Source: Octopus sinensis (Eukaryota). Taken from it: DNA of 64,000 nucleotides. A program made the position numbers and the translations under genes. Position 1 is the stretch's first letter. Each line of letters opens with the position of its first letter. Below the pieces are notes generated by a model that worked only from the letters and a program-made list of their open reading frames with translations, was not told where the DNA came from and did no database searches. The DNA lies in the NCBI RefSeq assembly GCF_006345805.1, contig NW_021833012.1, positions 27,500 to 91,499 of the forward strand, given 5' to 3'. Shown here piece after piece: positions 25,839 to 39,300 of this stretch.

Positions 25839-28800
25839 GTTCAGGTCACTGCTTGGAATCAAACTCGGAATCTTAGGATTAGTAGTCCACGGGCATATGG
25901 CATAGTGGTTAAGAGTGCAGGCTATTAACACCAAAATTCTCAGTTCGATTCCAAGCAGTGACCTGAACAACAACAACAACGATGACAACACCAACAACAA
26001 CAACAATAATAATTATAATAGTAATAATAACAACAACATCGAAAAATACTTTAGGAATGAGAACCCAGGTTTGAAATTTCCCCAAGAAACCTAATGAAAG
26101 CTGGAGGGTATATCAGCCGAAACGTTGTTAACAACAAACAAAATGAGGACAAATATCTGTCAAATGTTAATAATGTACATAATTCCTCCTCTCTTAAATA
26201 TAGAACTGAAAGAATATTTTCATTACAACTTAATGATTTCTTCCTGTAATAAGAAAATAATTTAATAAAATGTGAATTATCAATTACTAAACAATTATTT
26301 TTTCAGATATTGCGAAACTTGACTAGCATGGTAGACACTTGTCTAGGAACTGCTTCATGTCTTAGTGCAAAAAGCCTTGCATTTCCTATATTAGGAGCTG
26401 GAGTATTGAAATATCCCATTGAAAAACTACCTGGAACTATGTATGAAGCAGTCAAAGAGTCACCTCGAAAATACGATATCAAAGATGTTTACTTTGTTGT
26501 TTTCCCTAAAGACACAGAAATAGTAAAGGTTGGTTGACGTATTTGTTGTGCATTGTATCATGTTCCTCCTCCTCCTCATCATCATCATCATCACCATCAT
26601 CATCATCATTATCACCATCACCACCACCACCACCACCATCGTCATCATCATTTACTGGGGAGCTGCACCAGATTCCAATCTGATTTGGCATGGTTTCTAT
26701 GGCTGGATTCCCTTCCTAACACCAACCACTCCAAGTGTGTAGTAGTGCTTTTTACGTGCCATTGGCATGGGTGCTAGCTACACAATACTGGCATCAACCA
26801 CATCTATGAGCCCACTTGGTTTGACAGGTCTTCTTAAGCATGCTATATTACCAAAGCTCTCAGTCACTTGTCACTGTCTCTGTGAGGCCTAACTATGATT
26901 TCACTTGGCTTGATGAGGCATTTCAAACACAGCATATCGCCAAAGGTCTTGGTTACCTCTGTGAGGCTCAATGTTCTATGGTCATACTTCACCACCTCAT
27001 CCCATGTCTTCCTGGGTCTGTCTCTTTCACAGGTTCCCTCCACTATTAGAGTGTGTGGCACTTCTTCACACAGCTGTCCTTGTCCATGTGTATCCCATGA
27101 CCATACCAGCACAGTCGTATCTCTTGCACACCACATCTGATGCTTCTTATGGTTAAGTTTTTTTCTCAAGATGTTTACACTCTGCCATGTATGCACACTG
27201 ACATTGCACATCTAGCAAAGCATACTGGCTTCATTTCTCTCAAGCCTACACATGTCCTTGGCTGTTATAGCCCATGTAGCATGGCTGTTCACACACAGGC
27301 TTCATAAATCTGCCTTTCACTGAGAGAGGCCCTTTGTTGCTTGCAGGGGTAAGGGCTCTCTGAACTTAGCCCAGCCTATTCGTATTCTCACGGCTATGCT
27401 CTCAGAGCTTCCACTCCCACTACCGACCTGGTCACCTAAGTAATGGATGTTATCAGCTACTTCTAGTTTACCCCGCTGGAATTTAACTCTACCTGTGATT
27501 CTGCCAGACACAAAAAACTGATTTTCCTGTTAAACTTCCTCTGATATTGATGCACCTCTTATGTGCCCCACAACGTGCATTGGGTACATTTTATGGAGTT
27601 TTTACCTACACCGTTTCTATAGATTGAGCAGAACCTGAAGGGGTTTGTGATTTGTCTGCTCTTCTACATGCTAAGACTTGGGTTCTTGCTAAAATCCTCT
27701 AAGGCCTTTGATTCAAGACTTTGCTCCCACACTTAAAATTTCTTCTCTAGTTCAGGTAGTGATTCAGCTATATGAAGAATGTCATCGGTATAGAGAAACT
27801 CCCAGGGGCAGCCCATTTTAAATTCCTCTGTTATTGCCTGGAGGTCTATGATGAACAAGAGGGAGCTGAGGACTGATCATTAGTGAACTCCTACTTTTAC
27901 CCTGAATTCTTGGCTATACTTGTTTCTAACCTTCACCTTACCTATAGCATCCATGTACATGTCTTGTACAGCACTCACCAACCACTCATCTATCTTTAGC
28001 TTCTGCATTGACCACCAGATAAGGGAGTGGGGGACCCTGTCAAAGGCTTTCTCCATGTCAACAAAAGCCAGATACAGGGGTTTATCTTTGGCTTTCTATT
28101 TCTCCTAAATTGCCTAACTATGAATATAGCATCAGTTGTGCTCTTGCCTGACACAAATCCAAACTGTATCTCATCAGATTGTGTCGTATAGCCAGCTGGA
28201 GACAATATCTCCTGGGACTAAATTACAGTAACATTAGTCCTAAACCAGGACTGACTACGAAATCCATACTTGTTGCAAAGTGTCCAATGGACAAGCCTGG
28301 CTATATTGTCATGGTGTCTCATATATTTCTTCTGGGCTAGTGGTGTACATTGGCTAGTAATATGCCATATGGTTTCACCGTTTTGTCCACAGATTCTGCA
28401 CTTATCACTTTTTGCTGTGTTGTCTATTCTGTATTTTATGTAGTTTGTTCTTAGTGCTTGCTCTTGGGCAGCACAGATTAGTGTCTCTGTTTTTGGTTTT
28501 AAATCACTTTTAGTCATCCACAGCCATCATTTTTCTCTGTCTGTCTTATCTTCAACATCCCTATGAAATTGACCATGCATTTTACTTTTTAACCCACCTA
28601 TTTTCAGTTTCATTCATTTTCAATTTTTTGTATAGTGCTTTATCTTTGCAATCTTTCATCCTACACAAGCCTGACCTTCTTACTTCTAATAATAGCAGTT
28701 CCATAGCATTGTTTACATACCATGCTATGTTGTTTTCTTCTGCTCTAATGCTGTGCTCGCATCCAATAAGTCCTCTTCCCCCTCTTTTTCTTGCTACATA

Positions 28801-31800
28801 CAGTCTGTCTGTGTCACTTTTTTGCATGGAGTGCCCCATATCTAGTTAGCAACTTCCTTGTCTCTCTGTCTAAGCTGTTTAGTTCGTCTACTGTCCATGC
28901 GATTACTCCTGCTCCATATCTAAGGAGTGAAACTGCCCAGGTGTTGATAGCTGCAATCTTATTCTGTCCATTTAATTTCGACTTAAGGATCAGACTCAGT
29001 CTGTGCAAGTACTCCTCCCTAAATTTTTCTGTCATTTCTTTTTCCATCAATTTATCCATTTCCAAAATACCCAAGAACTTATAGCCCGTCTCTTCTATCT
29101 GCTTCATAACATCCCCTGATGGTATCGATAGCTCGTCCATACATTTGATTTTGCCTCACCTCAAGACTAACACACCACACTTTCTCAATCTGAACTCCAT
29201 TCTGATATCAGCACTGAAATATACACCCTATCAACAAGGGAACTGACTTAGGCTTCATCTTTACCATAAAATTTGAGGTCATCCATGAATAACAAATGGT
29301 CGACATTTTGTTGGCGGCTTTTGGATACATACCCAGCCTTTGCTTTCCTAAGAATCAGTGTTAGTGGTATCAAGCACAGTACAAATATCAGTGGGGACAA
29401 GCAGTCCCCTTGGAAGATGCCCCTCCTAATTTCTACTGACCCTAAACTTCTTCTGTATGCTGTCAGGTCCATCCTCCAATTCGTCATACTTTCTCCAAAC
29501 AATCGCTCAACATTCGATGCAATACCAAATAGGTTCATACACTCCATAATCCAAGAATGTGGGATCATATCGTACGCCTTATGATATGGCTAAGTTACTT
29601 TTCCTCCTCTTGCAGTCTCTGAGCACAGTTTTATCTATCAGGAGTTGATCCTTGGTACCTCTGCACTTACGCTTGCAACCCTTCTGCTCATGTGGCAGGA
29701 CTCCATTTTTTGCCAGATGTTCATACATTGACTCTGCGAGTATTCCAGTCAATAATTCCCACATAAGTGGCAAACAGGATATCAGCCTGTAATTGTCTAC
29801 TGTATTGCCTTTTTCAATGTTTTTCAGGCACAGCACTGTCCTACCAAATGTCAACCACTCTGGTATTACTTTGTCAGCATTTGACCAAGTGTTGAGTTGC
29901 GCAACTATTCGGGCATGACATTCACCAAAACTTTTGTTCCAGTAGATTTAAACCCCATCTGGTCCCGGTGCTTTCCAGTTGCTAATTTTTTTGCTGATTT
30001 CTTTCATTTCCCTAACTGAAATGACTAGTTCTGCCTATTTTGGACAGACTACTGTTTGTTTCAGTTCTTGCAGCCATTCAGCATCCTTCTTGCGCTCCTT
30101 GTCTTTGCTCCAGATGTCACCCGAAAACCTTTCACTTTAAATGTTATTTGGTCACGCTACAAGAAAAAGAAGATAATTTTGAACAACTGCTTCAAAATCT
30201 CCAGCTTCTATTTCAGGATTACAAATTTACATCAAGCCAAAGTATTTCAACACAAATATTCTTCTTTTGTTTTAATTAGTTTTGAAAATAACGAAGAATA
30301 AAGTAAATTAGCTTTGTCATTATTGAGCTGGTGTTTGGACACAACATGGAATCTTGATACCAAATTCAATTCCGTGAATAATTTTTTACAGTCACTTAAA
30401 CAAGCAAATTTCATTTCTTTTTATTCTGTAAGTAAAAATTCCTCCCCAAACTACAGAATATTCAAAAGCCTGTCCATCATAGGAAGTTATTCTATGATAC
30501 AATAAATGGAAATATTAATTTAAAACAATATTTGTGATAGAAACAATGAGTTAAAACATTGCATTGTAATTAGCAGAAATTAATTATTTTCTCATTGAGT
30601 AATGATAAATTATTTGCTTACTTTTAACAGAAATTTAAAGAATATTTCCAACAAATGTCAGCAGATGGCTCAGCTGTAACATCAGGTAAATTGTTTCTTT
30701 TTTCTTATATTAAATATCATTTAGGAAGAAACTAGGGACAGTTTTTCTGATCACCATCATCATCATCATCATCATCATCATCATTATTATTGAGTTAGAG
30801 AGGAGCACATGCCATCAAATTGACATTGGGGTACAAATATATGAAGCCCAATAAATGGTATTAGTTTTTGATTCACCCTCGTATGTTTTTAAACATTTTG
30901 AATTTGACATGTTTTGTACTCAACAATAACAACAAATCCAAAGAACAACACCTCTAAAATTATATTTAAAAAATAGGCAAATAAAGAAAAAAAGAGATAT
31001 TTGTAGTTAAAAAAAAGATTTTTGAGAAGAAATCAAAGAAATCATCAGCATCGTTTAACATCTGGCATAGGTTGTGTCAGGACACAGAAAGGGTCTCAAT
31101 TAAAATGCTAATAGTGAGAATAACAACAACTTCTAAATACGGACAAGTTTTGGTCTGAGAATGGGAAAAATTGTGTCACAAGTGATTTTGTTTCCTTATG
31201 AGAAAAACTTATTCAGGAGTGGTGGGCAAGGTAGAAGATAGTGTACCTCTACCTTACAAAAAGGAAAGGGCTTTCTGCATGCCCTTAAAACAATGACTAA
31301 AAGAGGCATTAGCCAATGTATGAAACAACATTTTATTCATTGACCAGAAGAAAGCTTATGCTGCCATTTGCCTGACCTTCAAGACCAATGGTGAGACATG
31401 AGAGCAGGTAGAAAGAGGGCAAAAAACATTCACTCATGGGCCCTTAATGCATTGCATTGTCAAATGGGACACAAAAGCGACAGCAATGACAGCATCAACA
31501 GTGACCTTGATCCCTCGTCTGTTGTCACCTTTATAGGGTTAGTAGAGAGTGCAAAGGTAACCTTACTCAGGAAGGGTCAGTATAAATTTATAAATCCTAA
31601 TGGGCCATGAAAACCTCAAGTCCATTCTAAGGCCATGACCCATGATGTGTTCAGAACACAAAGCAATAATTCTACTGCTGGAAGGCTGAGCCTCATGTCA
31701 CGCTTAACCGTAAAGACTACAATAATTAACTGTGACAACTTAAAACTAATTACCCAAATGATGTGGGGTACAACATGTCACATACAACCTTAGAAATACT

Positions 31801-33310
31801 TGTGGGTGCCTTTGGATGCACCAAGTTTCCAGAAGAGATGTGACAAGGAGACACAGTACAGACAAGAGAAACATATAAGGAGAATCCACCACCACCACCA
31901 CCACCACCCTCACACCCCAGATTCACTCAATTGAAGTTCACAGTTCTTTGTGAAACAAAAGAAGAACTGATGGAGCCATCATGTGCACCAAAAGAAGACA
32001 AAATTAAGCATCCGCAAGTTGAATGAAGAGGAGATGGACTCTGCTCTGATTTTGTGCAACACCCATACAAGAGAACACTAGCAAAAGAATCACATGAGCT
32101 ATCCATGAACCACTAATGTGCAATTTTGTAGAGGATGTGGAATATTTCATCCTTGGGATAATAGTAAATTTGTCCAGTTGTACCTTTGAATATATGTTTC
32201 TTTACTACCCGCAAGGGGCTAAACACAGAGAGGACAAACAAGGACAGACAAATGGTTTAAGTCGATTACATCGACCCCAGTGCGTAACTGGTACTTAATT
32301 TATCAACCCCGAAAGGATGACAGGCAAAGTTGACCTCGGCTGAATTTGAACTCAGAATGTAACGGCAGACGAAATATGGCTACGCATTTCACCCAGCATG
32401 CTAACAGTTCTGCCAGAACACCACCTTATCTTTTTGTCCTGCACCTTTGAATATAGCAGTTTGAATGAGTGGCAGAAAGTCAATATTGTTGGGATATTCT
32501 GGTTCAACTTTCTGGTTCGACTTAGCTAAGTTGATTTCCCCCTCCACATGGGTTGCTTTCCTTAAATGCTTTCCAGGTCTTTGAATTAAATTATATTTTG
32601 CTTAAATTATTGTGTTTCATATATGTTTATATATTATTCCTTGTTTATGTTGAATTGTTATTGTGTTTGTTGCATAATGTGAAAGGGCCTCTGAGTCAAC
32701 TTAGCAAAGACCAAAGTAGGCAAACAGACAGGACTGTAGTCGCTTCAATATATAGAAAAGGTGTATGTAGAAATTCCATACAGTGTACCTAGAGGTAGCA
32801 GATTGCTTCTGCTCTTTAGGTAGATTAATTAGCAGTGGAGGTGGATGTACTGAAAGTATAGTTGCTAGAAAAAAAACCAGCTTGAGAATGTTCAGAGACC
32901 TTCTACTTCTGTTAGTAACAAAAGTCTGCACATATTTTATACCTGCTTAGTGCTACCAGTTATCCTTCTCTTGAAACCACTTCATTTGACATCCATTCAT
33001 CATTCTCAACAGCATCACTTCTGACATTATTTTCCACTGCATCAATATTTCTTGCACTTTCCATTGTGTTGTTGCCTTTATTGAACTCATAAAGCAAAAT
33101 ATGGCGAATATGCTCCTTTGCCTCTGTCATTATAGCTTTGAAAAAATAACTGTTAAAATCGAACTGCACTCTTCAAAACTTGCACTAAGAATAAGTAAAA
33201 GGTAAAATTACTACCTGCTTTGATAGCAAGTTAATGCAGGTAGTTTATCCCATACCCCTCTAACTTTGGTTCATGCAAATGAAAGAAATCACATTACTTA
33301 TGGGATGATC

Positions 33311-33342
<32 letters not shown>

Positions 33343-36300
33343 CATCATCGTTTAACGTCCGTTTTCCACGCTAGCATGGGTTGGACGGTTCGACTGGGTT
33401 CTGGCAAGCCAGGAGGCTGCACCAGGCCTCAATCTGATCTGGCAGTGTTTCTTCAGCTCGATGCCCTTCCTAACACCAACCACTCCGAGAGTGTAGTAAG
33501 TGCTTTTTACATGCCACCACCACAGGGGCCTGAGGAGCTGGCATTGACCATGTTCAGATGGTGCTTTTTATGTGCCACTGGCATGGGAGCCAGTCAAGGT
33601 GGCACTAGCATTGGCCATGTTTAGATGGTGCTTTTTACATGCCACCATGGGGATACATACATACATATATATATATTTCGTTCTTGGATTTCGCTTTCGG
33701 ATTATAAGGCACATACCCAGACACAACAGTATATATATATATACATATATATAAACCATAAAAAATCAGAAGGCATGAGAAGTGAATATATATTTAATTA
33801 CTTGTCAACCTTTTGGGGTGTATTTATAATTTCAGTGCATAATGAATTATTTGTACATGTCTGAACTAAAATGCATGTTAGGTATTATACAATACGATTG
33901 TACGAGTTCTGATCAATAAGTATCCGGACTGGGGCTATAAAAACAAAACTGCAATACATACCAATTTGGCATTTAATCTTCTTCAAAATAATCCCCTTCA
34001 GAAGTCACACACTTAATCCAGCACTGTTTCCAGTGATGGATGCATTCCTGGAACTCGTTTTCTGGGATAATCAGTAGCAGCCTTCTTGCATTCACTTTGA
34101 TTTCTTTGACATCCTGAAACCTTCCTTTCAAATGATTTTTGGTAAGAGGAAAAAGTCAGAAGGGGCGAGATCTGGGAAATACCGTGGCTGCCAGACCTTG
34201 AGAATCCTGTGCCTAGCCAAAAACTGTTGCACAAACTGCACTGAATGGGCAGGTGCATTGTCATGGTGCAATTACCACTCACCAGATGCATCCAACTGTG
34301 GCCTTTTCCAATGAATAGCATCTGGCAAATGCTACAAAATGTCACAGAAGTACTCCTTGTTTACTGTCTGACCAGATGGAGCATACTCATGATGAACAAA
34401 TCGCCTTGTAGTCAAAGGAAACGGTCAACAGTGTCTTCACATTGCTTCAAGTCATGCTTTCTTTGGTCTCAGAGAGGTTGGGGGTCTTCTTCTGCAAAGA
34501 CAGAGCCTTTGTTTCAAGGTCATAGCCATAAACTCATGAGTTATCACTTGTTATGACTGTTTTCAAAAAGTTTTCATCGTTCTCAAGACAATCAAGGAGA
34601 ACTTGTGCAACTGAAACCCAATGATGCATTTTACATGCCACCAGAACGGGAGCCAGTTAAGGGGCACTGGCCACAGCTATGATTTTGGTTTTACTTGACT
34701 CAACAGGTTTTCTTGAGCATATCATATCGCCCGACACATCAAAGGTACTCTTAAATGGGCCAGGCATGCAACATTGGCATTGGCCATGGCTGTGATCTCA
34801 CTTTAGTTGTCAGGTCTTCTCAATCACAGCATATCTCCAAAGGTCTCGGTTTCCTGTCATTGCCTCTGTGAGGCCCAATGTTTGAAGGTCATGCTTCACC
34901 ACCTCATCTCATGTCCTCCTGGGTCTACCTCTTCTACAGGTTCCTTACACAGTTAGGGTGTGGCACTTCCTCATGCAGTTGTCCTCATCCATACGTAACA
35001 CATGACTGTGCCAACATAGACACCTCTCTTGCACACTACATTTGATGCTTCTTTTCTCTCAGGGTGCTCACACTCTGTTGTGTATGGACACTGACATTAT
35101 ACATCCAGCGGATCATACTAACCCCGTCTCTTTCAAGCCTACACATGTTTTCAGCAGTCATGGCTCTTGTGGTAGAGGTAGACCCAAGAAGACAGGAGAC
35201 AAGGGCATGACCTTTACTGTCAGCATGTAAAAATCACGTTCTGAGTGTTGGGCCTCAATGCAGCAATGACAAATGACTGAGGCCCTTGACCATATGCCAT
35301 ACTTGAGAAGACCCATCATGCTGAGTGAAATCATAGTCATGGCAGATACTGGTGTCACACAAATGGCACCCATGCCAGTGGTATGTAAAAGCACCCATTA
35401 CACTCCCAGAGTGGTTGGCGTTAAGAAGGGCATCCAGCTATAGAAAAATCAGAATGGACTCTGTTACAGCCCCTCAGCTTATCTGCCCTGGTCAAGCTAT
35501 CCAATCTATACCAGCATGGACAATGGACTTTAAATGACAATGATGATGATAAGGATGACGATGATGATGATGATGACGATGATGATGATGACAACTATGA
35601 TGATGATGACAACGATGATGACGATGATGACGACAATGATGATGATGATGATGATGATGATGAATTAGAGAGATTTGAAATTTGAATACAAACAAAGAAG
35701 AAATAATTTTAACAACACTCGATATCATTCACTATGCAGAGTCCCAGGATGGTAGCAGTGGTCTGAAATAGTCATATTGTAAATATGTACATATGTACTA
35801 GATGGTGATGTATAGCAATAATTAAAGAGCAGTTGATATCACTCCCCACAGGGATAAGATGATAGTCTTTTTCAGGTTAACTTCATTATCTCAGGAATTG
35901 ACACCTCTTCGCTAAACAGAAAAGCAAAGAACACTAGAATTAATATTGAATGTTGAAGTGTCAACACAAGAAGTCTTCTGCTGATTGCTTGGTTATTTTT
36001 CTTTGACAAAATGAATATTTCTTTTATTTCAGATGATGAAGATGACGAAGATGAAGAAATAGAAGATAATGTCTCTACTGGTCAACACGATGATGGTGTC
36101 ACCTTGAAATTCTTTGCTAAATACCAAAATCTTGACAATGCTATAGAAACTGTTAAAAAAGAATACCTTTCTCTGTTGACCACTGAGGAAATACCATTTG
36201 ATACAAATTTAACAGAATCTCGAGTAAGTTATCCACAATATTACAGAGTTTTTATTTATTCGCTTGTTTATTTATTATTGTCATCATTTTCTGATTGAAT

Positions 36301-39300
36301 TGCATTTTATTTTCAATTTCCGACCAGGTTTCAACTAGAGACCTAAGTTACATAATGGAGGGAAAAAACTGAGAATGTGGGCAGTTGATGCCAACACAGT
36401 GTTTTGGGTCCCATAGATTGTTGGTTTCCCAGCATGGACAGAAACCACATGTTGAGCAAAAGAGTAAAAGCTTGCTTGATCTCGTTTTTCAGTATGAATG
36501 TATTATTATTATTATTACTATTATTAAGTGAAAGAGCAGTGCATGCCATCAAAGTGATACTGGGGTAAAATATATGAAGCCCAGTATACCCATCATGACT
36601 GATAAGAGTACAACAGGCACATGCATCACAACTGTATGTGCATAACATGGTGACCTTATATCAAGATAAACAGCACATGACTTGCAGGTGGGGCCCAGTT
36701 AGAATTTTCTTCAGGTCGACTAGCCCATCCGGCTCAAAAGGTCCCTGAATAAGGGTTGTTTAAGGATGTAAAACGAAACACCCATATTTCCAAAAGTGAA
36801 TTATTCAAACCCCAAAGAATTCCTCTCAACACATGGCTATGATGCTCCCCCACTAATTCAGCTCGTGATCAGAGATGCACATATCGTCACCCACTAAAGG
36901 ACATGCTCAACTGGTTACGGTCAAACAATTTACAAGCAAATCTGTGATAGTGAGCAGAATATTTGCTGTTGCCCATCTTTTATATCAAGACAAAACATGC
37001 ACAGGATAACACTTCATTCAGTTAAGACCACAAGCCATGAAAGTTACTGCCTATTATTTATTATTATTTTTTGTTTTTCTTTCAAGTTTGTTTCTACTTC
37101 TTGTTGGGTGTCTTCATGACACCTAGAGCAAAAAACTCACTGTGTACATAGATAAGCAAGAGGACATGAGTAAGCTTGCAAGGAATGAAACCAGTATGTT
37201 CCACTGGATGTGTAATGTCAGTGTGCATACACAACAGAGTGTAAGCACCCTGGGAGAAAAGATGGATTTAAGAAGCACCAGATGTGGTGAGCAAGAGAGA
37301 CGACTGTGCTGGTATGGTCATGTGTTGCAAATGAATGAGGACAGCTGTGTGAAAAAGTGTTACACCCTAGCAGTTGAGGGAACCTGTGGAAGAGGTAGAC
37401 TCAGGAAATCCTGGAATGAGCTGGTGAGGCACAACCTTCGAACATTGGGCCTTACTGAGGCAATGACTAGTGACCGTGACTTTTGGAGACATACTGTTCT
37501 TGAGAAGATCCGGCAAGCCAAGTGAGACCATACCATACCCCATGGCCTATGCCAGTGGGTGTAACCAGTCCATTTATGAATACCCCTCATTCATTGGACA
37601 ATAAACCTTGCTTGTGAAGACCTACAAAGGTGAGTGAAATCAAAATCAAAATTGCTGACATGTCCAACGACAGTACCACCTAATTGGCACTCATGCCAGT
37701 GGAATGTTAAAAGCACATCCGAGTGTGGGATGTAACTGGGCCACTCATGAGTACCCCTCATTCCTTGGACAATGAACTTTGCTTGTGAAGACCTATTGAG
37801 GTAAATGAAAACAAATCAAAATCACTGACGTGGTTGAGGACAGTACCGACTGATTAGCACTGGTGCCAGTGGAACATTGAAAGCACATCTGAGCGTGATC
37901 GTTGCCACGACCACGGATTGGCTCCCATGCCAGTGAAAAGCACCATTCAAGCATGATCATTGCCAGTATCGCCTTAACGGCACATGTGCTGGTAGCACAT
38001 GAAAACCAACATTTGAGCGTGGCCATTGTCAGTGCTTCTGGACTGGTTCCCATGCAGGAAGCACATAAAAACACCTTTTGAGCATGAGCGTGGTCGTTGC
38101 CAGAACCACCTAACTGGCCTTCGTGCCGGTGGCACATAAAAAGCACCCACTATACTCTCGGTGTGGTTGGCATTAGGAAGGGCATCCAGCTATAGAAACT
38201 TTGCCAGACCAGATTGAGCCTGGTGCAGCCTCTAGCTCACCAGTCCTCATTCAAACCATCCAACCCATGCCATCATGGAAAGCAGATGTTAAATGACAAT
38301 GATGATGACACCAGCTTGTTCATTTACAAAATCAAATGAATTTTTGTAGAAAGCAAAATTTGTAATTCAAACTTCAGGAAACCTGCCAGTCACCTGTTCG
38401 CCTATCAGACTGGTGGGCACACTAGTCAGATTGACAACATTCTCTCTAGGAAACAGGAAAGATGGCTGCTCATAAATGCCAAAATTTTCCCAGGTGAAGA
38501 AAATCACCCCACAAAATAGGTTAGTGGTTATTGTGTTCAGGATCAGGGCTAAATGGCTGCCCAGAAGATAGCAAGGAAGGGTCTGGAAGCTTAAGGATTT
38601 TGTGAGTGGACAGATGAAAAAGAAGAGACCATAGCATCACATAATGTGGAAGACAACTGGAGGTTCCTACAGGATAACCTGTTGAGGGTTACTGACCAGA
38701 TCTGTGGTTGGTACAAAGTCCCCAGTTGACCTAAGGAAACATAGTAATGGAACAATGTAATTTACAGGTCTGGAAGGATTGGAATTGTAGTGGTAGCAGG
38801 GAATTGTATCAGATTGCCAGAAGGGAAGCTTGGAGACAAGTTTACATAGCCAGAGGGGAAGTAGAAAAGAATAGATTTACAAACATTCTGCATTTGGAGG
38901 ATCAGAGACTTGAAGTGTTTTGAATTGCAAGATAGTGTGTGAGAGAGAATCATGATGTCATAGGAGAGAAATGTGTCTGCATGGGTGATGGTGCACATGC
39001 TTTTAATGATTCTGCAAAGAAAAAGATACCACTATGAAAGGTTGCTAAAAGAAGAGAATGAATGGGAGAAAGAGAGTCTGCCAAATGTCGACCAGACTGA
39101 AGGATCAGCTATCCAAATTGACAGTACCTTGGTAGATAAAGCAATTAAGGATCTGAAGACAGGGAAAGCCCCCTGCCCATCAGGAATAATTCTTGAGATA
39201 CTTAAAATATCTGGCTGTGTAGGCTATGGTCTAGACACCCCTATAGTCAATGAGGTGGTACATGAAGAAGTCATACTCAATGACTGACGTAGCAGTACCA

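Noticed and set aside
25891-25960. tRNA gene
   Set aside because: Only A/B boxes are retained, with no complete cloverleaf; it is a SINE head, as are the other tRNA-like segments.
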